From: Dehalococcoidia bacterium UBA6926
GTDB taxonomy: Bacteria > Chloroflexota > Dehalococcoidia > UBA6926
Direction: 5' to 3'
Assembly (NCBI GenBank): GCA_002450835.1
Contig: DKAM01000030.1
Coordinates: 153,331 to 217,330 of the forward strand
DNA length: 64,000 bases
Under the pieces are notes generated by a model that saw nothing but the letters and a program-made list of their open reading frames with translations, was not told the origin of the DNA and searched no databases. Position 1 is the stretch's first letter; every line of letters starts with the position of its first letter. Shown here one piece after another: positions 1 to 10,639 of the stretch. The position numbers and the translations under genes are program-made.

Positions 1-434
1 AGAAACAACTGCTTCAAACTCAATCTTCGGCCTTAACCCTCGACGAAAAAATTCGGTTCTTCGAACCTATACCTCACCAACAATTACCCTGGCTTTACAG
101 CGCTGCTGATATTTTGATAGTACCTTCCTACTATGAAAGTTTCAGTATGGTCACAGCAGAATCTTTAGCAACAGGGACACCAGTCATCGCATCTGATGTT
201 GCAGGTCCAGCATCCCTTATTGAAAACGGTAAGTCAGGTTTCTTGATAAAACCTGGGAATGCGACCGAGTTCGCATCAAAAATCAATTACCTTCTTGATT
301 CTAATAAAACTTTGGACAACATGTCTGCTTATGCTCCGTCTACCGTCAGCCATCTATCTTGGCCCAGAATTATTGAAAAAATTATCAATACTTATGAAAT
401 AGCAATAAATTCTCCAGAACGTATATCCCTGTGA
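1..434 (+). CDS. Glycosyltransferase family 4 (GT1-fold), C-terminal part; 5' end lies outside the window
   Basis: Frame 3 is open from base 3. The translation '...LPWLYSAADILIVPSYYESFSMVTAESLATGTPVIASDVAG...GKSGFL' is the typical C-terminal E-x7-E region of GT4 enzymes. The six-frame ORF 114..434 is only its internal-Met remainder. Confidence 0.7.
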   Translation, partial: KQLLQTQSSALTLDEKIRFFEPIPHQQLPWLYSAADILIVPSYYESFSMVTAESLATGTPVIASDVAGPASLIENGKSGFLIKPGNATEFASKINYLLDSNKTLDNMSAYAPSTVSHLSWPRIIEKIINTYEIAINSPERISL

Positions 435-602
435 GTTACATACTTGAGATATAGGAAAATAGCGAAAGGTCATAGATTATCCAAAAGGTACTAGACGTTA
501 CTATCACTATGTCCTATATAATTAATAGGTCAGTGATGGCATAAATAACCAACATAGCAGCAATATTTATATTGAAGGATAAAAAATCCTAAAGGAAATG
601 AA

Positions 603-1301
603 TTGGTAATGAATTCACAAGAAAACAAACGTTTGCTTGTCGTCTCAGCTCATCCTGACGATATGGAATTTGGCTGCGGTGGAACTGTAGCTAAATGGAT
701 TGAAGAAGGGTGGGAAGGAAGTCTATTAATATGCACGGATGGAAGGGCCGGCACCTCTGACCCTGATGTCAAAGGAGCAGATCTTGCTAAAACCAGAGAA
801 ACGGAAGCGATAAACGCAGCCAAAGTCTTGGGAATACTAGACGTGAATTTCCTTGAATATCCTGATGGCCAATTAGAAGACACTCCCGAATTACGAGAAA
901 ATATAATCCGCCATATCAGGCGTTTCAAGCCTAGCGTAGTTTTTACCTTCGATCCTTACAGAAAAACCCACAACCACAGAGATCATAGAAATGTAGGCCA
1001 AGCTACATTTGACGCGATGTACCCCTACGCCAGGGATTATCATCACTTCCCACATTTAATAGATGAAGGGCTTATGCCTCATATAGTTGAAGAAGCCTAC
1101 TCCTGGACCGATGATGCTGATACCTGGATCGATATCACTGAATCCATCGATAGGAAAATCGGCGCATTAAGAGAACATGTAAGTCAAATAAAGGATCCAG
1201 ATTCTTTACTCGAAAGAATTAAGGAAAGACATGCAGAACTTGGAAAAGATCAAGGGTTCCAGTACGCCGAAGGATTCCGAGTCCATAAATTTAGATGGTA
1301 A
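603..1301 (+). CDS. PIG-L/LmbE family N-acetylglucosaminyl deacetylase (BshB/MshB-like)
   Basis: The 'VSAHPDDMEFGCGGT' motif (AHPDDE..G.GG) defines the LmbE superfamily. Length is 232 aa. Confidence 0.75.
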   Translation: MVMNSQENKRLLVVSAHPDDMEFGCGGTVAKWIEEGWEGSLLICTDGRAGTSDPDVKGADLAKTRETEAINAAKVLGILDVNFLEYPDGQLEDTPELRENIIRHIRRFKPSVVFTFDPYRKTHNHRDHRNVGQATFDAMYPYARDYHHFPHLIDEGLMPHIVEEAYSWTDDADTWIDITESIDRKIGALREHVSQIKDPDSLLERIKERHAELGKDQGFQYAEGFRVHKFRW

Positions 1302-1327
1302 TATTCCATCAATAAAGGTACTAAACG

Positions 1328-2053
1328 GTGTTTTACGACATACATTGCCATATTCTCCCAGGGATTGATGACGGTGCAAGAGACATCGATGAATCGATTC
1401 AGATGGCGCGGTTATCAGCACAAGATCAGATTGAAATAGCCGTGGCAACCCCACATCATATCCCAAGATCGAATTTATCTGGGAGAGCTGAAATAAACAA
1501 AATGGTCAGCAACATAAATAATGAGATTGAAAGAAATCAGATTGAATTTACTGTGATAGCAGGGCAAGAAAATAAGATATCAGATGACCTTCATAGAACT
1601 ATAGCAGCCGAGGATTCGTTACTTATCGGTTGCTCGAATTATATACTTGTAGAAGCTCCTTTCATTGAATTTCCAGCTTACATATACGAGACGTTAGGGA
1701 CTTTATTAGAGAAAAATATACGACCCATTCTCGCCCACCCAGAAAGAAACCAATTAATTCAACAAGATTTAACCATATTAAAGAGACTTAAAGATCAAGG
1801 GATTCTCTTACAAGTTAATACAGGAAGTTTCGTAGGGCACTATGGCGATAAAACCCAAAGTGCAGCTGAATATATGCTTAAAAAAGGAATTATAGATGTC
1901 GTAGCGAGTGATGCGCACACGAGCACTGGGATCAGAGTACCGAATATGAGCGAAGGCTTCGATATAATTGAAAATTTCAGCGGAGAGAATGAAGCTCTAC
2001 AACTAACAAGTTATAACCCACACGATATTATTCTGGGGAATAGACTCCCTTAA
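1328..2053 (+). CDS. CpsB/YwqE-type PHP-family protein-tyrosine phosphatase
   Basis: GTG start. 'DIHCHILPGIDDGA...ATPH' is the PHP metal-binding signature of capsular-polysaccharide Tyr phosphatases. Confidence 0.7.
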   Translation: MFYDIHCHILPGIDDGARDIDESIQMARLSAQDQIEIAVATPHHIPRSNLSGRAEINKMVSNINNEIERNQIEFTVIAGQENKISDDLHRTIAAEDSLLIGCSNYILVEAPFIEFPAYIYETLGTLLEKNIRPILAHPERNQLIQQDLTILKRLKDQGILLQVNTGSFVGHYGDKTQSAAEYMLKKGIIDVVASDAHTSTGIRVPNMSEGFDIIENFSGENEALQLTSYNPHDIILGNRLP

Positions 2054-2079
2054 GAGGCTTAACCCACTATTTAGTGGAG

Positions 2080-3024
2080 CTAACTAAAAACGGGTGATAG
2101 CCAGTCACTATATTTACTGTTTTTACCTTTAACAATATCAAAATATAACTTCTGTAACTTAGACGTTATTGGGCCGATGCTACCATCACCGATATCACGT
2201 CCATCTACGGATAGAACAGGGGTTACATGCGCTGCGGTTCCGGTCATGAAAAATTCGTCTGCAACCACCACATCACTTTTAGGTATTCTTCGCTCAACAA
2301 CCTCAATACCAAGTTCGTTTTTACAGAGTTCGATTAACGTGTTGCGAGTCAATCCTTCTAATATGTGATCAGTTATCTGGGGAGTATATACCACTCCATC
2401 TTTTACCAAGAATATATTCTCTCCACTACCCTCGGAGATAAATCCGTCCCTCGTCAACATAATAGCCTCATCAAACCCTCTCCAAACTGCTTCTGATTTA
2501 GCTAAGCTGTTGTTCACGTACATCCCAGTCACTTTTGCACTAGGCGGGATCATAGAGTCCTCAACTCTAAGAAAACTCGAAAAACTGCAGGTTATGCCTT
2601 TATCTGATTCTAGATAATTTCCGAAAGGTACAACATAAATGAGGAAGTCATCAGGAATATCGTGAACTCTAAGGCCTACCAAATCACCCGATTTATAGGC
2701 TAAAGGACGAACATAAATATCTTCCTTATATCCACAGGACTTCACTAGATCTAAAGTCATTTTCTCAAGTTGATCAAGGCTATATCTAAGATCGATATTA
2801 ATCATCTTACAACTACGATAAAGACGCTCGTAGTGCTCTTTTACCCTAAAGAGGTAAAGCTCATCTTTATCTTCATTCCAATTACCCCTGATACCTTCAA
2901 ATACGCCAGTCCCATAATTAAATGCATGGGTGACAACACTAATTTTCGCCTCTTCTAACGGTACTATTTCCCCTTCAAAAAAGGCTAACGCTGGCATAAA
3001 TTCTCTCCATTTCCAATCATCCAA
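2080..3024 (-). CDS. ilvE: Branched-chain amino-acid aminotransferase
   Basis: 314 aa, PLP fold type IV. Motifs 'GTGVFEGIR', 'YVRPL' and 'LTRDGFISEGSGENIF' are typical of IlvE. Confidence 0.85.
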   Translation of the reverse strand: MDDWKWREFMPALAFFEGEIVPLEEAKISVVTHAFNYGTGVFEGIRGNWNEDKDELYLFRVKEHYERLYRSCKMINIDLRYSLDQLEKMTLDLVKSCGYKEDIYVRPLAYKSGDLVGLRVHDIPDDFLIYVVPFGNYLESDKGITCSFSSFLRVEDSMIPPSAKVTGMYVNNSLAKSEAVWRGFDEAIMLTRDGFISEGSGENIFLVKDGVVYTPQITDHILEGLTRNTLIELCKNELGIEVVERRIPKSDVVVADEFFMTGTAAHVTPVLSVDGRDIGDGSIGPITSKLQKLYFDIVKGKNSKYSDWLSPVFS

Positions 3025-3078
3025 GTCGGATTATTGTATAGCAAATAACGTGATAGCCGCAACGCGAAACAAACAAAT

Positions 3079-3927
3079 CTACCCTTTAGTACCCGAAGCC
3101 CATACTGCTTCACCGTATGCTTCACCTTTATCAATCAGATCACGAATTGTTTGAAGTGCGTCTTCTATCGCCAATTCGCGTAAGCCCTCATCCATTTGTA
3201 ATAGGATCTTCTGACTCGCTGGACTTCCAACCAATCTCTGATTCCAATATACCTCTGCGTCGTCTGAATTTCCTAAGAATTTCAGTTCTACTTTTCCACT
3301 AGTAACGTCATTGAATTTAGCGTCTTCTAACAAATTTACCAATACATTGGGGTCAGATGTATTGGCCCTTTTAGAAACATTTGGGGTACTTCTAGGAGCT
3401 GGTTCTGTAGACGCAGATTTAGGCAAATGCTTTCGCAAAACCTGCATAGGTAAATTCATTAACGGGTTATTAGCATTGGAACCCCACACAGTTACAGCGA
3501 TGCGTCCACCTTGTTTCAAAACGCGGTATTGCTCGGATAGGAACTCAGAAGGATCATCAAAATATATAATGACGTTCCTCGATATTACCGAATCAAACAT
3601 TGAACCCGGAAACTCCAATTTTGGTATTTCCATGGCTGTAAATTCTATGTTCTTAAGTTTATCGAACTTTGCTCTACCCTTCGCAATAGATATACTTTCT
3701 AAATCATGATCGATGCCAATAACTTTGCCGCTAGGTCCAACGATATCTGATAACTCTAAAGCTGGATCTCCAAATCCAGCACCAACATCCAGAACAAAAT
3801 CACCGGCTTTGATTTTTGCTTGGCTAACAATAATATCTGCGGATGGTCTCAAAAATGTCATATAGGGACCATTCCCCCAATTTTTCAAAGCGTCTTGAAT
3901 ATTTAATTCTAAATCATCATCAGGCAT
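3079..3927 (-). CDS. Class I SAM-dependent methyltransferase
   Basis: 'VLDVGAGFGDPA' is the glycine-rich SAM-binding motif I, with a Methyltransf_11-like core. Substrate is unknown. Confidence 0.65.
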   Translation of the reverse strand: MPDDDLELNIQDALKNWGNGPYMTFLRPSADIIVSQAKIKAGDFVLDVGAGFGDPALELSDIVGPSGKVIGIDHDLESISIAKGRAKFDKLKNIEFTAMEIPKLEFPGSMFDSVISRNVIIYFDDPSEFLSEQYRVLKQGGRIAVTVWGSNANNPLMNLPMQVLRKHLPKSASTEPAPRSTPNVSKRANTSDPNVLVNLLEDAKFNDVTSGKVELKFLGNSDDAEVYWNQRLVGSPASQKILLQMDEGLRELAIEDALQTIRDLIDKGEAYGEAVWASGTKG

Positions 3928-4000
3928 ATCAATTTCCTAAACTATTTTCTATTATTATTCCACATACAGATATCAATTTACCATAAACTAAATAGAAATC

Positions 4001-4031
4001 TTGACACTTCTAAGCTGAAAATGATTATAAT
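4001..4031 (+). promoter_or_regulatory. Putative sigma-70 promoter for the ilv-leu operon leader (TTGACA ... TATAAT)
   Basis: TTGACA at 4001-4006 and TATAAT at 4026-4031. The 19-bp spacing is slightly long. Confidence 0.35.
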
Positions 4032-4313
4032 TAGAAAGCGAAGAAAGGGAGTAGTAGCGGACCTCTCGTCTACAGAGAGTCAAGTAAGCTGTGATCTTGG
4101 CGTCGAAGAGCTGTGAACTCGCCCTGGAGCTAGTGGTTTTTGTTGTGGGTCAAAAGCATATATTTTGGTCTTTAATTATTTAAAGCTACGCAAATTATTC
4201 TCGGACTCAAATTAAGAATTTGTAAGTCCGGACCGAGAGCCTTGGCCTAGTCAAGGAATAAGGGTGGTACCGCGGGAGCGATTCCCGTCCCTTCGTTGGG
4301 GCGGTTTTTTTTT
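4032..4313 (+). promoter_or_regulatory. T-box riboswitch leader (tRNA-sensing antitermination) upstream of ilvB
   Basis: The conserved T-box sequence AAUAAGGGUGGUACCGCGG lies at 4257-4275, with AG-rich Stem-I-like sequence upstream. An intrinsic terminator follows directly. A candidate specifier 'GAA-CUC-G' (Leu) lies at 4115-4121; this is a low-confidence assignment. Confidence 0.6.
4285..4313 (+). terminator. Intrinsic terminator of the T-box leader
   Basis: A 7-bp GC-rich stem CCGUCCC/GGGGCGG with one G·U pair, a UUCGUU loop, then U9 at 4305-4313. Confidence 0.55.
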
Positions 4314-4342
4314 GTTGATAGATAAACGATTAGGTGGAATTT

Positions 4343-6064
4343 ATGAAAGGAGTTGCAGTTATGGAGCTAGCAGGTGGGGAGCTTATTTGCGAATCATTAA
4401 TCGAAGAAGGCGTTGATTTGGTCTTTGGCCATCCAGGCGGGGCTATTTTGCCGCTATACGATCATTTGACTAAATACCCTCAAATCAAACATGTATTGAC
4501 CCGACACGAACAGGGAGCAGCCCATGCAGCTGACGGATATGCTCGCTCAACAGGAAAAGTTGGCGTCTGCATAGCAACTTCTGGTCCAGGAGCAATAAAT
4601 TTAGTTGTTGGCCTTGCAACAGCTTATATGGATTCGACGCCTATGGTAGCGATCACAGGTCAAGTGACACGAGGAGCCATAGGTAAAGATGCTTTCCAAG
4701 AAACTGATATTACGGGAATAACACTACCTGTGACCAAACATAATTATCTTGTTACCAAAGCATCTGACCTTCCAATGGTAATAAAAGAGGCGTTCCATAT
4801 AGCAAAGACAGGGCGCCCAGGACCCGTGTTGATTGATGTACCCCGTGATGTACTTCAAGAAATGACACCTTTCAATGAGTACCCAACAACGATTGATCTG
4901 CCAGGTTATAAACCTGTGCTCGAACCTAATAACGAACAAATTGAATATGCCGTAAACCTAATTAACAAAGCAAAGAGGCCAATTATACTTGCTGGTAGAG
5001 GAGTTCAAATATCGCAAGCAGAGGAACAGCTTGTTGCTCTAGCAGAGAAAGCTCAAATACCGGTGATTTGCACCCTACTAGGACTTGGAGCTTTTCCTGG
5101 GTCTCATTATCTAAATTTGAGCCTTATGGGTATGCATGGATCAGCTTTTGCAAATATTGCTGTCGATGAGTCAGATTTAGTAATAAATATTGGAGCACGT
5201 TTTGACGATAGAATAGTAGGCAAGGTAGAAGAGTTTGCCACAAAAGCTAAATTCGTTCATATCACTATTGATCCTTCGAACATAAACCAAAATGTTGAGG
5301 CTCACGCTCCCGTCGTTGGAGATGCAAAGCTTGTACTGGAAAATATGAATCCATTAATTAAATCAGCAAAAAGGACTGAATGGCTGAAACGAATGGATCA
5401 ATTACGAAATAAACATCCTTTCTTTATACCAGAGACAGACAAATTATTGCCTCAGTTTGTAATCAGGCAACTTTGGGAAGCAACTGGAGGACAGGCAAGG
5501 ATAGTAACAGGTGTAGGTCAACATCAGATGTGGGCTGCCCAATTATACCCGACAACCGTCGAACGTGGCTTTATAACATCCGGCGGATTGGGAACTATGG
5601 GTTACGAGGTACCCGCTGCCATGGGAATGCAAATGGGACGCCCTGAGGATCTGGTCTGGTCAATTGCGGGTGATGGGGGATTCCAAATGACACTCCAAGA
5701 GCTTGCGACTATTAGGGATGAAAAACTACCAGTAAAATTTGCGATCATGAATAATAGCTATCTCGGCATGGTACGCCAATGGCAAGAATTGTTTTACGAT
5801 AATCGCTATAACCAAATAGATATAGCAGGCCCAGACTGGGTTAAACTAGCTGAAGCATACGGTATTCACGGTATTCGCGTAGATAATAAAGAGAATGTCC
5901 TTTCAGCTATACACGAGGCCAACCAACATGATGGCCCCGTAATAGTTGATTTTGTTGTTGAACAAGAAGGAAACGTTTATCCAATGATTCCAGCAGGCCA
6001 ATCTGTAAACGAAATGGTTGAAGATCCGGATATGGATGAAAAATCTTCTATGGTAGCCAAATGA
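4343..6064 (+). CDS. ilvB: Acetolactate synthase large subunit (biosynthetic, TPP-dependent)
   Basis: TPP-enzyme family and ALS-like over its full length. Start moved to ATG 4343, 5 nt after the AGGTGG Shine-Dalgarno; the ORF track used GTG 4334. Confidence 0.9.
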   Translation: MKGVAVMELAGGELICESLIEEGVDLVFGHPGGAILPLYDHLTKYPQIKHVLTRHEQGAAHAADGYARSTGKVGVCIATSGPGAINLVVGLATAYMDSTPMVAITGQVTRGAIGKDAFQETDITGITLPVTKHNYLVTKASDLPMVIKEAFHIAKTGRPGPVLIDVPRDVLQEMTPFNEYPTTIDLPGYKPVLEPNNEQIEYAVNLINKAKRPIILAGRGVQISQAEEQLVALAEKAQIPVICTLLGLGAFPGSHYLNLSLMGMHGSAFANIAVDESDLVINIGARFDDRIVGKVEEFATKAKFVHITIDPSNINQNVEAHAPVVGDAKLVLENMNPLIKSAKRTEWLKRMDQLRNKHPFFIPETDKLLPQFVIRQLWEATGGQARIVTGVGQHQMWAAQLYPTTVERGFITSGGLGTMGYEVPAAMGMQMGRPEDLVWSIAGDGGFQMTLQELATIRDEKLPVKFAIMNNSYLGMVRQWQELFYDNRYNQIDIAGPDWVKLAEAYGIHGIRVDNKENVLSAIHEANQHDGPVIVDFVVEQEGNVYPMIPAGQSVNEMVEDPDMDEKSSMVAK

Positions 6065-6540
6065 AACGCATCATATCAGCAATAGTCCACGACCGACCAG
6101 GAGTACTAAATAGAGTTTCCAGTATGTTTCGGAGACGAGGTTTTAATATTGCGAGTCTGGCCGTCGGGCACAGCGAAAAAGAGGGTTTCTCACGCATGAC
6201 AATCGTTGTCGACAATGTGGAGGGAATGCAAGCAGATCAAATAACGACCCAATTAGACAATGTTGTTGAAGTGGTGGAAGCCGCAGATATTACCGACCAT
6301 CCAACCGTTATCAGAGAGACTGCACTCATTAAAGTTGCGGCCACTCCCTCGACACGAGGTCAGGTAATAGAAATACTGGACCTTTTTTCTGGGATTGAGG
6401 TAGCTAATGTATCCACTGAGTGGATCATAATAGAAATGACGGGAACTACAGAGCAAGTAGAAGCAATTCTGGCACTGCTAGAACCACATGGAATTATTGA
6501 ACTAATGAGAACAGGATTAATAGCGTTAACAAGCAATTGA
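6061..6540 (+). CDS. ilvN: Acetolactate synthase small (regulatory) subunit
   Basis: The N-terminal ACT domain '[23 protein letters not shown]' is present. The start overlaps the ilvB stop (ATGA). Confidence 0.85.
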   Translation: MKRIISAIVHDRPGVLNRVSSMFRRRGFNIASLAVGHSEKEGFSRMTIVVDNVEGMQADQITTQLDNVVEVVEAADITDHPTVIRETALIKVAATPSTRGQVIEILDLFSGIEVANVSTEWIIIEMTGTTEQVEAILALLEPHGIIELMRTGLIALTSN

Positions 6541-6598
6541 TCCTTGCTCTAACAAAAGGGGATTTAGCTACTCAACAAAAAATATAAGGAGAAGAATT

Positions 6599-7597
6599 AT
6601 GGCAGATGTTTATTATGATAAAGATGCAGATTTTAATATCTTAAATGGTGAAACCGTGGGAATAATAGGCTATGGAAGCCAAGGGCATGCTCACGCTCTA
6701 AATCTTAAAGATAGCGGAGCTAATGTGATAGTTGGTCTTTACAAAGGGAGCCCCTCTTGGGAAAAAGCAGAGTCCGATGGGTTGAAAGTTGCAACCGTCG
6801 AAGAAGTCGCTGAACAAGCTTCTATCATTATGATGCTTATCCCAGACACAAAACAAAAAGAAGTCTACGAAAATTCCGTAAAACCACATTTATCACCTGG
6901 AAAAACTTTAATGTTCGCCCATGGATTTAACATTCATTACAATCAAATAAGCCCGCCATCTGACATAGATGTGACAATGGTCGCTCCAAAAGCTCCGGGG
7001 CATCGGGTACGCCAATTGTTTGAAAAAGGTGTTGGCACGCCCGCCCTTCTAGCTGTGCACCAAGATTCATCAGAAACCGCTAAAACCCAAGCTCTCGCCT
7101 ACGCTAAAGGTATAGGGGCTACAAAAGCAGGAGTTCTCGAAACAACATTTGGAGAGGAAACAGAAACTGACCTATTTGGAGAACAAGCAGTTTTATGTGG
7201 TGGAATAAGTAGTTTAGTAAAAGCTGGATTTGATACCTTGGTTAAAGCAGGATACCAACCAGAAGTAGCATACTTTGAATGTCTCCATGAAATGAAATTA
7301 ATTGTGGATCTAATATATCAAGGCGGACTAGATTACATGCGTTACTCCGTAAGCGACACTGCCGAATATGGAGACTATGTTTCTGGGCCCAAAATAGTTG
7401 ATTCACACGTTAAACAGAATATGCAAGATATTTTGGAATCTATTCAAAACGGTAACTTTGCAAGGGAATGGATACTGGAAAATCAAGCTGGAAGACCGAG
7501 CTTCAATGCGCTAAAACAGCAAGATACGACTCATTTGATTGAGATTGTAGGTCAAGATCTCAGAAAAATGATGCCATGGCTAAAAGATACTATTTAA
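6599..7597 (+). CDS. ilvC: Ketol-acid reductoisomerase
   Basis: '[17 protein letters not shown]' is the NADPH-binding motif, in a class I KARI of 332 aa. Confidence 0.9.
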   Translation: MADVYYDKDADFNILNGETVGIIGYGSQGHAHALNLKDSGANVIVGLYKGSPSWEKAESDGLKVATVEEVAEQASIIMMLIPDTKQKEVYENSVKPHLSPGKTLMFAHGFNIHYNQISPPSDIDVTMVAPKAPGHRVRQLFEKGVGTPALLAVHQDSSETAKTQALAYAKGIGATKAGVLETTFGEETETDLFGEQAVLCGGISSLVKAGFDTLVKAGYQPEVAYFECLHEMKLIVDLIYQGGLDYMRYSVSDTAEYGDYVSGPKIVDSHVKQNMQDILESIQNGNFAREWILENQAGRPSFNALKQQDTTHLIEIVGQDLRKMMPWLKDTI

Positions 7598-7632
7598 TTA
7601 ATCGAACCTATTTATAGATAAAGGATTGCACA

Positions 7633-9183
7633 ATGGCAGAGAAGATTACGATATTTGATACTACATTGAGAGACGGTGAACAGTCTGCCGGCGCTGGATT
7701 AAGCTGGGATGAAAAACTTGAGATAGCAAGGCAACTAGAACGCCTAGGAGTCGACGTAATTGAAGCAGGATTTCCCGCTTCATCGCCTGGAAATTTAGCA
7801 ACTGTTCAACAGATTACCCGAGAAATCAGATCTCCGGTAATAGCTGCGCTTGCCAGGTGCGTCCCAGGAGATATAGATGCTGCGCGTGACGCGTTAAAAG
7901 ATGCAGCTAAACCACGCATACATGTATTTATATCAAGTTCAGATATACATTTAACTCATCAATTGAGAACAAGTCCGGAAGAGATGATGGATCAAGCAAT
8001 TCAATCAGTAGAGAGAGCGAAGCAATACTCTGATGATGTGGAATTCTCTCCTATGGACGCAACAAGAACAGATTGGGATTTTATTTATAGATTGGTAAAA
8101 GCAGCGATAGATGCAGGCGCTACCACTATCAACATTCCAGATACAGTAGGGTACGCGGTTCCAGAAGAATTTGGAGAACTTATTAAAAGTGTTTTCACAA
8201 ACGTCCCTAATATAAACAAAGCTGTTGTAAGCGTCCACTGTCATAACGATCTTGGTCTCGCATCAGCAAATTCTTTATCTGCGATACAAAACGGCGCACG
8301 ACAAATTGAGGTATGTGTTAACGGTATAGGTGAACGAGCCGGTAATGCCTCTCTGGAAGAGGTTGTAATGGCGATAAAAACCCGCGAGGATTTGCTGGGG
8401 TTTAAGACTGGTATTGATACTAAGCAAATACATAGGACCAGCAGGCTTGTTAGTGATTTTACTGGATTTACGATACAGCCAAATAAAGCCATAGTAGGAC
8501 TAAACGCTTTTAGGCACGAATCCGGAATTCATCAAGATGCAATGATAAAAGCCCCAATAACTTTTGAAATCATGACGCCTGAATCTGTAGGCGTACCAGG
8601 AAGTTCTCTAGTATTAGGTAGACAAAGTGGACGTCACGCACTCGAGACCAGGCTTTCAGAGTTAGGATACGAAGTAAGTAAAGAGGACATGGTAAGGGTT
8701 TACACGGCTTTCACCGATCTTGCTGATAAAAAAGAAAGCGTTACAGACCGTGATTTGGAAGCTTTGGTTAGCGAAGATCGGCGTACAACAAAGGAAGAGC
8801 AATATGTATTAGAGCACGTACAAGCTCTAAGTGGAGCTCCCGCTGTTCCAACAGCGACTGTGAGGATCACTGATCCTGAGGGGAAAGAACATACGTCAAG
8901 TTCGGTCGGCACAGGGCCAGTAGACGCAGTGTATCAAGCAATATCAGAGATAGTTACAGTGAGTAATAGACTAGTAGAATATAGAGTAGAAGCGGTAACT
9001 GAAGGACTGGATTCGATGGCTGATGTAACTATTCGTATCGAAGGCGATGGTACGACTTATGTTGGAAGAGGTGCTGACACAGATATAGTTGTAGCAAGCG
9101 CACGCGCCTATGTTGACGCTTTAAATCGGCTTATAGCAGTAAAGAATCGGGCGACAAGTGTAATTAAGGACAGTGGAAAATAG
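7633..9183 (+). CDS. leuA: 2-Isopropylmalate synthase
   Basis: 'IFDTTLRDGEQS' and 'HCHNDLGLA' are present. 516 aa, with the C-terminal LeuA allosteric domain. Confidence 0.9.
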   Translation: MAEKITIFDTTLRDGEQSAGAGLSWDEKLEIARQLERLGVDVIEAGFPASSPGNLATVQQITREIRSPVIAALARCVPGDIDAARDALKDAAKPRIHVFISSSDIHLTHQLRTSPEEMMDQAIQSVERAKQYSDDVEFSPMDATRTDWDFIYRLVKAAIDAGATTINIPDTVGYAVPEEFGELIKSVFTNVPNINKAVVSVHCHNDLGLASANSLSAIQNGARQIEVCVNGIGERAGNASLEEVVMAIKTREDLLGFKTGIDTKQIHRTSRLVSDFTGFTIQPNKAIVGLNAFRHESGIHQDAMIKAPITFEIMTPESVGVPGSSLVLGRQSGRHALETRLSELGYEVSKEDMVRVYTAFTDLADKKESVTDRDLEALVSEDRRTTKEEQYVLEHVQALSGAPAVPTATVRITDPEGKEHTSSSVGTGPVDAVYQAISEIVTVSNRLVEYRVEAVTEGLDSMADVTIRIEGDGTTYVGRGADTDIVVASARAYVDALNRLIAVKNRATSVIKDSGK

Positions 9184-9217
9184 AGATTTCATCTAACATT
9201 AGGGAGGACAAGGGAAA

Positions 9218-10630
9218 ATGGCCGGAAAAACGATGTTTAATAAGATATGGGACAGCCACATAGTTGATGACCCAGAAGGTGAGCCAACTCTTTTATACGT
9301 GGATCTTCATTTAGTCCACGAAGTGACATCGCCTCAAGCTTTTGAGGGGCTACGTCTAGCGAATCGAAAAGTAAGAAGACCCGACTTAACGATAGCGACA
9401 GTGGATCATAATGTCCCAACAACCGACCGTGATAAGCCAATCGACGACCCAATCTCAAAACAGCAAGTAGATACATTGGCTGAAAATGTAGAAGAATTTG
9501 ATATAACTTTTTATGGAGTTCATAGCCCAGAACAAGGAATCGTACACGTGATTGGCCCCCAGCAAGGCTATACGCAACCAGGAAAAATTATTGTATGCGG
9601 AGACAGTCATACCGCAACCCACGGAGCGTTTGGAGCAATGGCTATTCCTTTAGGAACGTCACAAGTTGAGCACGTATTAGCGACTCAATGTTTGCTCCAA
9701 GAAAAACCTAAAACGATGGAAATCCGTATAAACGGTGAGCTTCCTAATGGAGTTTCTGCTAAAGACGTTATATTAGGCATAATTGGCAAGATAGGGGTCG
9801 ACGGTGGTACAGGATATGCCATCGAATATACAGGAGATGTCATAAAAAACCTTCCAATGGAGGGCCGAATGACTATCTGTAATATGTCGATTGAAGCAGG
9901 AGCCAGAGTGGGGATGGTAGCCCCCGACGAAACTACTTTTGAATGGCTGAAAGGGCGCCCACAAGTCCCGCAAGGCGATGATTTTGAGCAAATAACCAAG
10001 GAGTGGGCATTATTGGCATCCGATTCCGACGCTGAGTACGATAAAGTAGTCGAGATTGATGCAACAGAGTTAGAGCCCTACATAACTTGGGGAACTAACC
10101 CAGGTCAAGTACTCTCAGTAAAAGATTCGATACCAGACCCAGAGAGTTTTGATAACGCTGAAGAGAAAGAATCTGCAGAACGAGCTTTAGAATATATGGC
10201 GTTAGAACCCGAAACACCTCTAGTAGAAATTGAAGTTGATAGAGTGTTTATTGGATCGTGTACGAACTCTCGTATAACAGATCTACGAGATGCAGCTGAA
10301 ATAATAAAAGGTTATAAAGTCTCACCAAAAGTCAACGCAATGGTTGTTCCAGGTTCTACGTTGGTTAAATGGCAGGCAGAAAAAGAAGGACTGGACCAAA
10401 TATTCATAGATTCAGGGTTCGAATGGAGAGAAGCAGGCTGCTCTATGTGCCTGGGTATGAATCCAGACATACTAGAACCTCACGAAAGGTGCGCTTCAAC
10501 TTCAAACAGGAATTTCGAAGGTAGACAAGGGAAAGACGGTCGAACACACCTAGTCAGTCCACAAATGGCGGCAGCAGCAGCGATAGAAGGGCATTTTGTA
10601 GACGTTAGAGACTGGAAACTAAATAATTAG
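9218..10630 (+). CDS. leuC: 3-Isopropylmalate dehydratase large subunit
   Basis: Aconitase-family large subunit, 470 aa, with the GSCTNSR and CSMCLGMN cysteine motifs. Confidence 0.9.
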   Translation: MAGKTMFNKIWDSHIVDDPEGEPTLLYVDLHLVHEVTSPQAFEGLRLANRKVRRPDLTIATVDHNVPTTDRDKPIDDPISKQQVDTLAENVEEFDITFYGVHSPEQGIVHVIGPQQGYTQPGKIIVCGDSHTATHGAFGAMAIPLGTSQVEHVLATQCLLQEKPKTMEIRINGELPNGVSAKDVILGIIGKIGVDGGTGYAIEYTGDVIKNLPMEGRMTICNMSIEAGARVGMVAPDETTFEWLKGRPQVPQGDDFEQITKEWALLASDSDAEYDKVVEIDATELEPYITWGTNPGQVLSVKDSIPDPESFDNAEEKESAERALEYMALEPETPLVEIEVDRVFIGSCTNSRITDLRDAAEIIKGYKVSPKVNAMVVPGSTLVKWQAEKEGLDQIFIDSGFEWREAGCSMCLGMNPDILEPHERCASTSNRNFEGRQGKDGRTHLVSPQMAAAAAIEGHFVDVRDWKLNN

Positions 10631-10639
10631 GAGACAACA

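Noticed and set aside
650-928. Numerous 60-150-aa antisense or alternate-frame ORFs inside large genes (for example 650..928, 8005..8492, 9685..9999, 29769..30158, 45903..46331, 53180..53647, 60789..61232)
   Set aside because: They are fully embedded in well-supported conserved genes, have Ser/Pro/Ala-rich low-complexity translations and no ribosome-binding sites. They are typical shadow ORFs.
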